Shown here piece after piece: positions 30,102-40,726 of a DNA stretch of 64,000 bases. A program made the position numbers and the translations under genes. Below the pieces are notes generated by a model. The model was not told where the DNA came from. It ran no database searches and worked only from the letters and a program-made list of their open reading frames with translations. Every line of letters begins with the position of its first letter. Within the stretch, counting starts at the first letter, position 1. The stretch is from Bacteroidia bacterium (lineage in GTDB: Bacteria > Bacteroidota > Bacteroidia > NS11-12g > UBA9320). Location: the NCBI GenBank assembly GCA_965216465.1, contig CBDCFW010000004.1, positions 235,464-299,463 of the forward strand. Reading direction: 5' to 3'.

Positions 30102-33100
30102 ATGAAATTCAGATTTTTACTCCTTGGCTTTCTGTTTTCATGCTGTATTTCTGTCAATGCTCAGGTTTCTCAAGTTGGGGAAGGAGCATTTCTGAGAAGC
30201 GATATTGGACCAATGTTCAACGATACTGTTGCAAACAGTTTTGGTCGCTTTGCTTACATCTATAACAATCAAACCTTGCCAGACCTTCGTCACGGCGACA
30301 CAATTACTGGAATTTCATTTATGCACCCTAAGGGAGAGGGTCTTGTAGGCAATACAAACCTTAAAATCTATTTAAAATCAACGGACCAGGCCGATTTTGG
30401 TGCAGGTAGCTTAAACTGGTTGGCCGAAACTAGAAATGGAATGGCCTTGGTTTATGATGGTGATCCAAAAAACGAGTTTTCATCATCATTGGGCTTTTCT
30501 ACTTTTACATTTAATCAGTTACAATATGAGTTTGACACTTCTGGTGGTGCTGTCCATCTTCAAGTATTAGTTGAATACACTCAAGAAGATGCACAGCTAG
30601 AACGAAAAATGTGGTTCTGTGAAAGCAGCTTTACTGTTTCCGAATTTAATTCAACCAACGAATCAAAGTATGTTAGAGGAGTAGGAGCTTTGGATAGCAT
30701 CTGTAATCTTTCGTCAATTATTAAACCGACTGTTCGCCTTTATTACCCCCGAGATAGCTTTGATTTATATATAGATCATGCTTTTGGCCTAAAACGTGTT
30801 CCTCAGGTAAAGAATAATGGGCGTGATATATCGGCCAAGGTTTACAACGCTGGTAAAGCTAAATTGTATAATTACCCGGTTTATCTTCAGTCTACAGGTG
30901 CCAATAATTTTAGAGATACATTTACGATCGACTCGTTGAGCATAGGTGAATATGCATACATTCAATTTGAAAACTATAAGCCAGTATTTTTAGGATCTGA
31001 CCAAATTGTTATTAGTGTTGATGAGCAAGAAGGTTCTATGAATTCTAAGTCATTTAATCGTGAAGTTAATTACGACTTGTTTTCATATTCAAATTCAAAC
31101 AGTGCGGCATCAAGTTTCTTTGGGTCGGATGAAAAGAAGGTTGGAGTTTTAGCTCGCTACAATACAATAGGCATTGACCAACTTACCGATGTAGAAATAA
31201 AATTTAATACCATAGGTCGTAAATTCAAAATTGTGGTATGGAGTGCACTTAATGGTGAGCCTGATACGCTGCGGTATGAATCGTTAGTGAAGGAAACAGC
31301 TCTAGGAGTGAGCCGTTATACCATTCCTCCTATTGAAGTTAAAGATGATTTTTTTATTGGCGTGGTGCAAGATGAAGCTCAATCGATTGGATTGGCTTAC
31401 GAAGACCAACTTCCACTGATTCCAGGAACGTTCTATTACAAGGAAAACCCAACAGATACCAATTGGTCTGATTTTTCAACCTTTGAACCCAATGCGTTTA
31501 GTATTAATCCGATAATAAAGTCGGCTAACGATATTAAAGCACTTGAGATAATGGGTGTATCAGATAACGATAGTTTTGCCTTAGACCCTTCCGATTCGAT
31601 TACTGTAGGCATTAAACTGGCTAATTTAGGAAGCTTCATTCAATCTGATTTTGGTATTTCGTTACGCTTAATTAATCGCTTTAATCAGGTGGTTTATAGT
31701 GATAGTATTACCGAATCTCTTGGGCTCTCTGACACATCAACATTTTGGTTCGACCCAATAAGCCAAAATACGGCTGGGGCTTTTAAACTAGAAATTGAAA
31801 CTGTATCTCAATTTGACAAAATTGAAGGAAACAATGAACTTCAACTCGAATTTACCGTTGCCAAAGAAACGGATGTTGCTATCAGCACAGTGTTTAGTCC
31901 AACTCCAACAGATTCTTTTCAAATCAATATGGATGGATTTATGCCCAGCATTCGTGTGATTAATTTTGGTTCTAAGAAACAAATCAATATACCAGTTACA
32001 GTTCAATTGTTGAAGAATGGAGAAGTACTTTCTTCTGAAACACAATTCAGTTCACTTCAGCCTAATTTCAGTGAGATTATGGTATTTGATTCTATATATC
32101 CTTCAGAACCGGGGGATTTAGATTTTATTGCTTTTACCAGTTTAGCTCAAGACAGCTTTAATCTCAACGATACATTCAGAGTACCAATTTTTGGAAAGGT
32201 TCAGGATGACATTGCAGTTGATAGTACTTTACTTCCCAGAGCTGGAGAGCGGTACTTGATAAATCAGAATCATACACCATTTGTTACTCTGGTAAATAAT
32301 GGAGAAGCTACGCAGATAAATTTTAGTACGAAGTTTCGCATTTTAAATAAATCAGGGAAGGTTGTATTTCGCGACTCGATAATAACTTCCATTCAAGCGT
32401 TAGACTCAAGAACGCTGAGTTTTAATCATTTCAATATTTCTACACCGGGCCATTATGTAGCTCGTGTTATCGTTGTAAATCCACAGGATCAGAACAAAAA
32501 GAACGACACTTTAGATGTTCCTTTTCAATTAGTGCAGAACAACAATCTTGAAGTAACGCGGTTAAACTTTCCGAGTTCGGAACAAATTGTGGCGAAGGGC
32601 ACAGTTGAAACTCAACCTTCGGTGATTTTGACCAATCCAGGATTTGTTTCAGCAGGAAATGTACCTGTAATACTGTTTGTTACAGACGAGTCTAGTAACC
32701 TTCAGTATCGTGATACAATCGAAGTTGATATTGAACAGGGAAGTTCAAAGACTTATTCTTTCAATAAGCTACTAAGTTTTCACAGCGTTGGAAGCTTTAA
32801 TATTGAAGTCTATCATAAGTGGCAAAATGAAGCCTTATTCAGTTCCAACGATAGCTTAAACTCATCTTATCTGGTTTTGAACAAGAACGATCTAAGTGTT
32901 GTACAAAACATTACTCCAATTGATAATGATAGTATTCTACTAAATGATTTAATCAATGTGAAGGCCAACATTAAAAATATTGGAATTGATACGATTAAAG
33001 ATATTAAGCTATTTGTTGATGTAATCAATCCGGACTTGGATACTGTGCTAAGAGACACGTTGTTCTTTGACGAATTAGCTTATAATGAAGATATTAACTT

Positions 33101-33818
33101 ACAGTCTTCAAAGTTTTATGAGCCGCTAACTACAGGTAGGTTTACCGTGATATCTTCATATTTAGGTGAAGATGATAGTGCTTCTAATGACCAAGTTACC
33201 ACTTACTTTAACGTGTATAAGGATTTAGATTTGGCTATAGGAAAAGTGGTTTTTCCGCTTGATACGCATAAGGTCTACACCGGATTTACTTACAAACCAG
33301 AAGTGGAGATAGTAAACGAAGGTCTATTTTCAGTTGAACTAGCGACTATAGGTTGCACGGTTTGGTTTGAAGATGATATTATTTACAGCTCAGCTCGCAT
33401 TGTTGCAATCGATAGTGGAGAAAGATTAATTGTAGGACTTGACAGCTCATTAATGCACGACGAAGTAGGTGAGGCGGTGATTATGTTTAATGTTATAGCA
33501 CAAGGGGATGACTACTCATTCAACGATACCTTGTTCGCCACATTTGATTTTTCATCGAATGCACGCATTACAAAAGAATGGTTGCGGAATATTTCTGTTT
33601 ATCCTAATCCGTTTAAAGATGAAGTTCATATTGAGTCAGAAGACCGAATAGATGAAGTTCGAGTCTATGATATGAGCGGAAAAGAAGTTTATCTGGATAC
33701 TCCTCAAGGACAATTTTTTAGCATTAGTCTCAGCTTCTTACCTCCGGGAATTTATTATTTGGAGATGAGAAGCGGAGAAAATCAAGTTCAACGTAAGTTG
33801 CTAAAGCAGAGTAATTAA
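30102..33818 (+). CDS. Large T9SS-secreted protein with tandem CARDB/Ig-like domains
   Basis: Signal peptide; repeated D...P...N.G...D...ND units of ~110 aa; C-terminal VYPNPF...YDMSGK...L.PGIYYL...KLLK type A CTD. Confidence 0.8.
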   Translation: MKFRFLLLGFLFSCCISVNAQVSQVGEGAFLRSDIGPMFNDTVANSFGRFAYIYNNQTLPDLRHGDTITGISFMHPKGEGLVGNTNLKIYLKSTDQADFGAGSLNWLAETRNGMALVYDGDPKNEFSSSLGFSTFTFNQLQYEFDTSGGAVHLQVLVEYTQEDAQLERKMWFCESSFTVSEFNSTNESKYVRGVGALDSICNLSSIIKPTVRLYYPRDSFDLYIDHAFGLKRVPQVKNNGRDISAKVYNAGKAKLYNYPVYLQSTGANNFRDTFTIDSLSIGEYAYIQFENYKPVFLGSDQIVISVDEQEGSMNSKSFNREVNYDLFSYSNSNSAASSFFGSDEKKVGVLARYNTIGIDQLTDVEIKFNTIGRKFKIVVWSALNGEPDTLRYESLVKETALGVSRYTIPPIEVKDDFFIGVVQDEAQSIGLAYEDQLPLIPGTFYYKENPTDTNWSDFSTFEPNAFSINPIIKSANDIKALEIMGVSDNDSFALDPSDSITVGIKLANLGSFIQSDFGISLRLINRFNQVVYSDSITESLGLSDTSTFWFDPISQNTAGAFKLEIETVSQFDKIEGNNELQLEFTVAKETDVAISTVFSPTPTDSFQINMDGFMPSIRVINFGSKKQINIPVTVQLLKNGEVLSSETQFSSLQPNFSEIMVFDSIYPSEPGDLDFIAFTSLAQDSFNLNDTFRVPIFGKVQDDIAVDSTLLPRAGERYLINQNHTPFVTLVNNGEATQINFSTKFRILNKSGKVVFRDSIITSIQALDSRTLSFNHFNISTPGHYVARVIVVNPQDQNKKNDTLDVPFQLVQNNNLEVTRLNFPSSEQIVAKGTVETQPSVILTNPGFVSAGNVPVILFVTDESSNLQYRDTIEVDIEQGSSKTYSFNKLLSFHSVGSFNIEVYHKWQNEALFSSNDSLNSSYLVLNKNDLSVVQNITPIDNDSILLNDLINVKANIKNIGIDTIKDIKLFVDVINPDLDTVLRDTLFFDELAYNEDINLQSSKFYEPLTTGRFTVISSYLGEDDSASNDQVTTYFNVYKDLDLAIGKVVFPLDTHKVYTGFTYKPEVEIVNEGLFSVELATIGCTVWFEDDIIYSSARIVAIDSGERLIVGLDSSLMHDEVGEAVIMFNVIAQGDDYSFNDTLFATFDFSSNARITKEWLRNISVYPNPFKDEVHIESEDRIDEVRVYDMSGKEVYLDTPQGQFFSISLSFLPPGIYYLEMRSGENQVQRKLLKQSN

Positions 33819-33896
33819 GAAGTTTTTAAGCAGATAATTTTAAAATCTGCCACATATTCTCATTTCTTTTTTAATTTTGGCTTAAATTGAAAACCA

Positions 33897-34538
33897 ATGA
33901 AATATTTCTTAACGATCTTTCTCCTAACCTCATCTGTATTGGTATTTGCTCAGAATAGAGATTTGCCTGAAGTTGACGAAAACTTTGAAAAATATCTAGA
34001 TGATGGTCAAAATACTGGTGCAGATGGGAATGTACAAGTTGCTGTTTCAGCATTAATTAATGGATTTATTGACGTTCAGTACGAACAAAAAATTAATCAC
34101 TCTTTTTCAGTTCAGGCTGGAGGGGCATTGCAAATTGCACCCGGCTTTGATTTAGTTTCAGCCTTTTTTACCGATTTCGGGTTTAATGATCGAGAGCGGT
34201 TTGATGGAGGCTACGGATACAGTGGAACATTTAAATATTATGCAGGTCAATCGGCAATCACGCGACTAGGATACGCTTCTTTGACCTATCGAAATAGAAC
34301 AAGCAACTATGCTGAAGGTGAGTTTCAAGAAAGTGCATATAAATATGCTGTAAACGATATTTATTATTCAACAGGTTTGAAGTTCCTTTTCGCTAACTCT
34401 GCAAGTGCTGATGTATCAACGGGAGTTGGGGCACGACTAAGTAGGATAAACTACGCAGACAAGAATATTGATAGTGAATCAGGTCTTGGCTTGTTTTATG
34501 GATTAGAGGTTAAACTAGGATACTACATTAAATATTAA
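33897..34538 (+). CDS. Putative small outer-membrane beta-barrel protein
   Basis: Signal peptide, alternating beta-strand pattern, C-terminal VKLGYY. Confidence 0.6.
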   Translation: MKYFLTIFLLTSSVLVFAQNRDLPEVDENFEKYLDDGQNTGADGNVQVAVSALINGFIDVQYEQKINHSFSVQAGGALQIAPGFDLVSAFFTDFGFNDRERFDGGYGYSGTFKYYAGQSAITRLGYASLTYRNRTSNYAEGEFQESAYKYAVNDIYYSTGLKFLFANSASADVSTGVGARLSRINYADKNIDSESGLGLFYGLEVKLGYYIKY

Positions 34539-34542
34539 GACG

Positions 34543-36255
34543 ATGAAAGCATTATTTACATTTATACTAAGTTTTACGGTTGTTCTTGCTTCGGCACAAA
34601 AGATTAAGGTCAGAGAGGAGCACGGGGATGTGTTTAAGACCAAGGGATTTAACATTGAAGACATTTTTGAACTATCTACAGGAGGATACTGGTCAATCGG
34701 TAGCCGATGGGAAGGTTCAGGACTAGGAGGCTTCGTTTCTTTTGTTAAAGCAAAAAAGATATACTACGTACAAAATTTTGATGAGGACATGAATTTCGCT
34801 GGTGAGAAGCGATTGAATCTTACGTTCATGGACAAAGATCTTGTAATGAATAAAATTGTAAAGTTTAAAGGTGAGTATTACATCTTTTTAACTTTTGACA
34901 ATATCGAGAAGAAGAAGACTTACCTGTTTTATGCCCTTTTTGATCATCACGACTTAAGAATTGATGGTGATTTGACCAAGGTAGCAGAAATTAGTTTAGG
35001 GTCTAAGGCAACAAATAGCTATCCGGGTTCTTTTGATGTAAGTGTTTCTGATAACGAAAATTTCTTGGTGGTATTTGGAAACGAACCGGTAAAAATAAAG
35101 CGCAAGAAACGCAGGTTGTTTGGAAATCGTTCAAGTTCAAGTGGTTCTGATGTAGGAACTCATACATTTAAGTTTACTTATTGGGTATTAGACCGCGATT
35201 TTCAAATTGTAAACTACGAAAAGAAGCATGAATTAGAGATTGAAAATTCTTCAGATAAATTTTATGTTAGAGACTACGCAGTTGATGAAGAAGGAAGTAT
35301 TTACATTTTAGGAAAGAATAGTATTGTTGATGAGCTTTCAAGAAGTGAGCGAAGAAAGAAGAAAACAAGTTCATGGAGGGAGTACAACAAATCAGCATTC
35401 ATCATCGAGAAGATTGATATAGATGGTTTAACCTACCAACAAGCAACTCCTGAAGAAGAGTTTTTTATTGATATGGATATACTCTTTGACCAGGATGGAG
35501 ACGTTAATCTCGTGGGAATAATTGGAGAACAAGTTTATAGCCGATTAGTTACGACTGGTGTATACCGTTTACTTCTTGATAAGGACAACTTGGATGTGCT
35601 TTCAAGTGTGGGTTCAGAATTCGATGAGGAGGTTCTTGAGAATATTAATGACATTCAAGAAAGAGAGTCGAATCTTAGCAATAGAAGAAAGAGACGGGTT
35701 AAGAGGAGAGAGGCTAAAATGTCGAAGGAAGAGAAGGCCTATCGCGAAGTTGCCAAACGGGCTGCTCTAAATGCAAACTTCATTGCATTCTCTGGTATCG
35801 ACGAAAATGGTGATGCCATAATCGTTTTAGAGGAGCAACATCTAGAAATTGTTACGACTACCACGACCAACGCAAATGGTGTAACTACAACCACGACAAC
35901 ATATTATTATCACTATGATGATTTAATTATGGCTAAGTTTATAGAGGATGAAGTAGTACAGAATTACTACAAGAAGAGCTTTGTATCGGTAAACCGTCCT
36001 CTAACTAAGAGCATGGATGTAGCCCTTAAAGATGGAGAGGTAAACATCATGACTCAAGGACACATTGTAAAAGCAGACTACGAGCTTCAAGAGGTTCGTG
36101 ATTATGAGCTTCAAGCCTTTAAAAGAAAAGATAGAATTAAGGGTATGCGACGTAAAATGTTTACTTACCGTAAAACGATTGCCGACCAAAACGTAATTCT
36201 AGCTGCAGCACAGAATAAAAGGAAAATAGTTTGGTACAAGATCGAAGTGCAATAA
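34543..36255 (+). CDS. Exported hypothetical protein (beta-rich)
   Basis: 570-aa ORF with signal peptide; basic inserts and Thr tracts before YYYHYDD. Confidence 0.65.
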   Translation: MKALFTFILSFTVVLASAQKIKVREEHGDVFKTKGFNIEDIFELSTGGYWSIGSRWEGSGLGGFVSFVKAKKIYYVQNFDEDMNFAGEKRLNLTFMDKDLVMNKIVKFKGEYYIFLTFDNIEKKKTYLFYALFDHHDLRIDGDLTKVAEISLGSKATNSYPGSFDVSVSDNENFLVVFGNEPVKIKRKKRRLFGNRSSSSGSDVGTHTFKFTYWVLDRDFQIVNYEKKHELEIENSSDKFYVRDYAVDEEGSIYILGKNSIVDELSRSERRKKKTSSWREYNKSAFIIEKIDIDGLTYQQATPEEEFFIDMDILFDQDGDVNLVGIIGEQVYSRLVTTGVYRLLLDKDNLDVLSSVGSEFDEEVLENINDIQERESNLSNRRKRRVKRREAKMSKEEKAYREVAKRAALNANFIAFSGIDENGDAIIVLEEQHLEIVTTTTTNANGVTTTTTTYYYHYDDLIMAKFIEDEVVQNYYKKSFVSVNRPLTKSMDVALKDGEVNIMTQGHIVKADYELQEVRDYELQAFKRKDRIKGMRRKMFTYRKTIADQNVILAAAQNKRKIVWYKIEVQ

Positions 36256-36277
36256 TTACTTCATAAAAAATAAATTG

Positions 36278-36311
36278 AAAAGCCAGCAAATTAATTTTTG
36301 TTGGCTTTTTT
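36278..36311. terminator. Bidirectional intrinsic terminator
   Basis: AAAAGCCAGCAAA-N6-TTTGTTGGCTTTT. Confidence 0.7.
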
Positions 36312-37026
36312 AGTGGATGTGAAAATTCACGGCTAACAAAGCTACAATCAGACCAATTGCAATCGCTAGAAGCTTGTGTTTTCCATAGGTGTGACTTTCA
36401 TTGTTCTCAAATAATATAGTTGTAGAAATGTGTAGGAAAACACCAATTACAACAGCAATTACAGCTGTAAACGCTTCGCTGTACTCAACAAACTGACGGC
36501 CTATTAGCATTCCAATAGGAACCATCAGAGCGTAGAATGTGATCCACATATAATTGCGTTTTGCTTTTTCTAAAACACTCTTTAAAACCACTGCAAGTGC
36601 AAATGCCGCTGGAATTTCATGTAATCCAATGGCGAATACAAGATTGTTTCTTGTTTCCTCAGAGAACGCATCTCCACCAAGGCTAAACCCTTCTAATACT
36701 GCATGTAAGCTTAACGCCAGAAACACGGTGATTGGAAATCCTTTCTTTAGTTCGTGAATGTGCAAGTGGCCATGTTCAATTCCTTTGCTGTAAAAATCGG
36801 TGACGATTTGCAAGAAGAAACCTGCGAGAATGTAATAACCAGCTTTGTGTCCAAGTTTTTCAAATACTTCGGGTAGTAGATTAAGCACCGTGATGGAAAT
36901 AAGGAAAGCACCACTGAATGCCAAGAATAGTTTCAGTTGCCGTGTATTTGTTGAATTAATATTCAAGCCAACAACTCCTCCAAGAAATGGAAAGAAAAAC
37001 AATAGAAATATCCACCAAAATTGCAT
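36310..37026 (-). CDS. ZIP family divalent metal transporter
   Basis: LAFSGAFL, LLPE, EHGHLH loop, HAVLEG, HEIP. Confidence 0.9.
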   Translation of the reverse strand: MQFWWIFLLFFFPFLGGVVGLNINSTNTRQLKLFLAFSGAFLISITVLNLLPEVFEKLGHKAGYYILAGFFLQIVTDFYSKGIEHGHLHIHELKKGFPITVFLALSLHAVLEGFSLGGDAFSEETRNNLVFAIGLHEIPAAFALAVVLKSVLEKAKRNYMWITFYALMVPIGMLIGRQFVEYSEAFTAVIAVVIGVFLHISTTILFENNESHTYGKHKLLAIAIGLIVALLAVNFHIH

Positions 37027-37080
37027 GCGGGTGCAAGTTTAGCGAATAGAATTCAATTTGTGATTTCTAAGTTAAAAAAC

Positions 37081-38784
37081 TTAAATGTCGAGGTAGGCAT
37101 ATGCGAGCTTGATAACTGCATAACTCACCTTACCGTTAAGTGCATCAAATATTACTTTTGACTTAAGCCTTCCATCAGGGTTAAACATGGATGCATCGGC
37201 CGTAGCTTCAGCAGCGGAATAAGCTTTTTGAATGGGTGCCAAAACCTTTTCTGAAGGTCTGTATGCCGAGATGTCGACTTCAGGAAATTCATCCGCAATC
37301 TTTAAAATGTGACCTTGAATTGTGGTATAACCCAATCCTCTTTCATCGGCTATTTCTTTTAATGATTTTCCGGCTTTAACCAAGTCTATCGTTTGTTGGT
37401 AAGTGCTGATTTTTTTCTTTTTAGCTTCTTGCTTTGAGCGGTGCTTCTTTAATTCTTTGGGATCTGTCGTTCCACCGCTGGCAAGTATATGAGCTTCCCA
37501 ATTGGCTTCATAATCAGACTCTTCGAGCATATCTGCTTCATTGCTAAGTTCCATGAAACGTTTATCAGCCTTAGCAGCCAGAGAATCAACCTCAATGGCC
37601 ATTCGATTTATGCCCAGTAATTTGAGACCATCTAAGTCTTTTAATCGAGAAAGTGCAACATAACCCTGTCCAGGTTCAAATGTTTTGCTTAAATCAACTT
37701 CTGCGGCCTCCAATGTCATCCCCTGACTTTTGTGCACTGTGATGGCCCAGGCCAAGCGTAATGGAACTTGAATAAATTCAACAATTGGACGTTCATTATC
37801 CATAATTGACCAAACATCAGAAGTAACGGTTACTTTTCGTCGGTCTGATAATTGAACTACGGGCCAAACCTTTCCTTTGTCGTCTTCGGTAAAATCTATA
37901 ACTACACCCAAAGTGCCATTCATGTAACCTTTGTCGAAGTTGTTCTTTAGAAACATCACCTTTGCACCTTTCTTTAAGACTAGTTTTTCCCTAACAATCA
38001 GCGATTTAACGAAAGTTTCCATCAACTTTGCATTGCCTTTACGTTCTGCAAAGAATACCTCTTCTTTTGACTCAATTTCGCTAAGTTCTTTATCGTTTAT
38101 AGCATCAACATCGGCGTTGTGTGAATACAGTCGAGTTGGTTCAATACTGTGCTCGTTATATGCTGTTTCTTGTAATAACTGAACAGCATGTTCGTCAACC
38201 TCTTGAGATCGAATTTGATTTAGAATGGTGTTGAGTTCATTTTTAGTCTGACGATATTGTTCTGTAAGGTAACAAACTACCGGAGCGGCATCTACCCATG
38301 CTTTGCTCATAAAAGCAAATTTGTTCTTACTTGGTTCTTGTTCCTTACTAACTGGTGGTAGCTGAAAAAAGTCTCCAGCAAAAACAACCTGCATCCCTCC
38401 AAAAGGCAACGGAGAATTTTTTAAATACTTCAACGCCTGATTAATCATGTCAATCTGATTGCGATGCAGCATTGAAATCTCATCTATAATTAATACATGA
38501 GTTTTCTCAATATTTTTCATGAGGTACTGCTTACCGCGCATAGTTCTCAAATCGTTATGAGAAAGGCTGTCTTTAATACCAATTCCGCTCCATGAATGAA
38601 TGGTAGTTCCGTTCATGTGAGTTGCAGCTATACCTGTGGATGCGGTTATGGCTACTGGAACGCGATGTTCCTTTAACCATTTAATATAGGCGTTTAATGT
38701 ATATGTTTTTCCTGTTCCTGCACTTCCGGTCAAGAAGACATTCTTACCTGATTTTAATATGGCTAAAGCTTTTTCTTGGAACAT
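37081..38784 (-). CDS. PIF1/RecD-like SF1B helicase with C-terminal HTH
   Basis: GSAGTGKT, TASTGIAA, IIDEISM, GDFFQLPP, PLRLAWAITVHKSQGMT, YVALSR; C-terminal IADERGL..TTI..H. Confidence 0.9.
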   Translation of the reverse strand: MFQEKALAILKSGKNVFLTGSAGTGKTYTLNAYIKWLKEHRVPVAITASTGIAATHMNGTTIHSWSGIGIKDSLSHNDLRTMRGKQYLMKNIEKTHVLIIDEISMLHRNQIDMINQALKYLKNSPLPFGGMQVVFAGDFFQLPPVSKEQEPSKNKFAFMSKAWVDAAPVVCYLTEQYRQTKNELNTILNQIRSQEVDEHAVQLLQETAYNEHSIEPTRLYSHNADVDAINDKELSEIESKEEVFFAERKGNAKLMETFVKSLIVREKLVLKKGAKVMFLKNNFDKGYMNGTLGVVIDFTEDDKGKVWPVVQLSDRRKVTVTSDVWSIMDNERPIVEFIQVPLRLAWAITVHKSQGMTLEAAEVDLSKTFEPGQGYVALSRLKDLDGLKLLGINRMAIEVDSLAAKADKRFMELSNEADMLEESDYEANWEAHILASGGTTDPKELKKHRSKQEAKKKKISTYQQTIDLVKAGKSLKEIADERGLGYTTIQGHILKIADEFPEVDISAYRPSEKVLAPIQKAYSAAEATADASMFNPDGRLKSKVIFDALNGKVSYAVIKLAYAYLDI

Positions 38785-38785
38785 G

Positions 38786-39373
38786 CTAATCTGCTATATG
38801 CTTTGACTTTATTGGTACGTATTTTTTTAAAAAGGTAACGATGAGCCAACCGATGAGCAAACCGGCCAATCCTCCCACGAGAATGTCTGCTGGAAAATGT
38901 TTTGCCACATAAACTTGAGCTAGAGAGATGGCTCCAGCCCAGGTGTAGAACACCCATTGCCATGACTTCCAATTGCTAATTGAATTAAAGAACCAGCTAA
39001 ATATGACAGCAAGCCCGAAATGATTTGCTGCGTGTGACGACACAAACCCGTATTGGCCTCCGCAATCTAGAATTGGTCGGATAATTTCGGTTAAACTGGG
39101 GTCGTGACAGGGTCTAAGTCGTTCAAAAAAAGGTTTCATAAATCCACTTGCAAATTGATCTGCGAAGAGAACAATTATCCCAGCCGCAGCTAGAATATAA
39201 AATCCTGAATATCTGTAGCGATAGAAGGCGAAAAAAGCGAAAATAAGATAGAGCGGAATCCAAGTTTTTGCTTCACGAAATACAGGAAGAAATTGGTCTA
39301 GAAAATCATTGGCCAATCCATTATGAATTTGAATGAACAGTTGCTTATCTATTTCAATTAACGACTCTATCAC
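38786..39373 (-). CDS. PAP2 family membrane phosphatase (possible lipid A or undecaprenyl-PP phosphatase)
   Basis: K.FFERLRPCH, FVSSHAAN, AQVY..KHFP.D. Confidence 0.85.
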   Translation of the reverse strand: MIESLIEIDKQLFIQIHNGLANDFLDQFLPVFREAKTWIPLYLIFAFFAFYRYRYSGFYILAAAGIIVLFADQFASGFMKPFFERLRPCHDPSLTEIIRPILDCGGQYGFVSSHAANHFGLAVIFSWFFNSISNWKSWQWVFYTWAGAISLAQVYVAKHFPADILVGGLAGLLIGWLIVTFLKKYVPIKSKHIAD

Positions 39374-40092
39374 TTTTTCAAGATCAAAATTAATCTTTTG
39401 GAGTTATCCTCGTTAAATGCTGTAAGATTATAATCCCCAAAAGTATCTTGAAGTTTAAATCCAGCTTGGTTACACAAGTTTTTAAGGTCACTTTTTGTAA
39501 ATGCTCTGACGCTTTCTTGGAAACTGTAATCGTTCCCTTGGTCATGAAATTCAATTCTTTTAATTAGTGTGCCATTTTTAATAGCTCGTGAGATATTAAA
39601 AGAAATATTCTCCTGTTTAATTACTTCGAACGGCACCAGGCTAGACTCGCTATTTGTTCGGTTAAGAAAATCAAGTACAAAGACTCCATCGTCATTGAGC
39701 CCGTTATATACGTGCTTTAAGGTGTTTAAATGTTCTTGATCGCTATCAAAATAACCAAAACTGGTAAATAGATTGACGATGTAATCAAATTTTCGAGAGA
39801 ATGAATGCCTCATATCGTGAGTGAGAAATTCTAATCCATCGGTTTCTAGATGTTTGGCATGTGCAATACTATTTTGGCTATAATCTACACCTAATACATT
39901 CATGCCGCACTGGTGTAATTGAACACTATGTCTACCCTTCCCGCAGGCTAAATCAAGGAAAGTTGAACCCTGAGTAGGTGAGAGGTATGAAATTAGTGTT
40001 GTTATAAATTGCTCAGCCTCCTTATGGTCTCTGTTCCCATAAAGCATGTGATAGTATGGGCTATCGAACCATGTACCGAACCATTCACTCAT
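39370..40092 (-). CDS. Class I SAM-dependent methyltransferase
   Basis: WFDSPYYH.LY, LDLACGKGRHS, HDMR, NLFTSFGYF. Confidence 0.88.
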   Translation of the reverse strand: MSEWFGTWFDSPYYHMLYGNRDHKEAEQFITTLISYLSPTQGSTFLDLACGKGRHSVQLHQCGMNVLGVDYSQNSIAHAKHLETDGLEFLTHDMRHSFSRKFDYIVNLFTSFGYFDSDQEHLNTLKHVYNGLNDDGVFVLDFLNRTNSESSLVPFEVIKQENISFNISRAIKNGTLIKRIEFHDQGNDYSFQESVRAFTKSDLKNLCNQAGFKLQDTFGDYNLTAFNEDNSKRLILILKK

Positions 40093-40195
40093 GTAAGCAA
40101 ATGTAAGACTTCAACCCAAATTTAGTATCTTTATCCAATCAATATCGCAGCTCATCAAAGAGTAAAAGGAGCCACATATTTTTTTTACTACTTTG

Positions 40196-40224
40196 TGTAA
40201 CTTTCTATATATATGAGCGTATAA
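40196..40224 (+). promoter_or_regulatory. Candidate autoregulatory ECF promoter
   Basis: TGTAAC-N16-CGTATAA (AAC...CGT pattern) just upstream of the ECF gene. Confidence 0.5.
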
Positions 40225-40239
40225 CAATCGAACCAGCCA

Positions 40240-40725
40240 ATGAACACCCAGCAATACAACGAATGTGTAAAGCTATATTCCGATGGGATATTTCGGTTTA
40301 TTGTGAAAAATCTGCGGGATGAGTTCGAGGCTGAGAATATAGTCCAAAACACGTTTGAAAAGCTTTGGATAAAGCGAGAAAGCGTGGTGATGGAAACGGC
40401 AAAGTCCTACCTTTTTAAGGTAGCTTATAACAACATGATTGATGTGATACGCAAAAACAAAAAACATACTAGCTTAGAGGATGCAAGACATGTAAGTTCT
40501 GAGAGCAGAGAGTATGATGATTTGATTGAACATGTAAACAGAGCTGTTGATAAGCTTCCTGAGAAACAGAAAAGTGCAATTACTTTGCGCGATTTTGAGG
40601 GACACGATTACAAAAGTATTGGCGATATAACCGGCATGAGTGAAAGCCAGGTTAAGGTCAATATTTATAGAGCGAGAAAGTTTATTAAGGAATACATTAG
40701 TAAACTAGAGATGATGATGTTTTAA
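40240..40725 (+). CDS. ECF-type RNA polymerase sigma factor
   Basis: AENIVQNTFEKLW, KSYLFKVAYN..ID, LRDFEGHDYK.I, VKVNIYRAR. Confidence 0.92.
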   Translation: MNTQQYNECVKLYSDGIFRFIVKNLRDEFEAENIVQNTFEKLWIKRESVVMETAKSYLFKVAYNNMIDVIRKNKKHTSLEDARHVSSESREYDDLIEHVNRAVDKLPEKQKSAITLRDFEGHDYKSIGDITGMSESQVKVNIYRARKFIKEYISKLEMMMF

Positions 40726-40726
40726 G

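Noticed and set aside
37081-38784. PIF1-like helicase as a marker of a mobile element or defence island
   Set aside because: Embedded in a co-oriented housekeeping run with no integrase, transposase or terminal repeats
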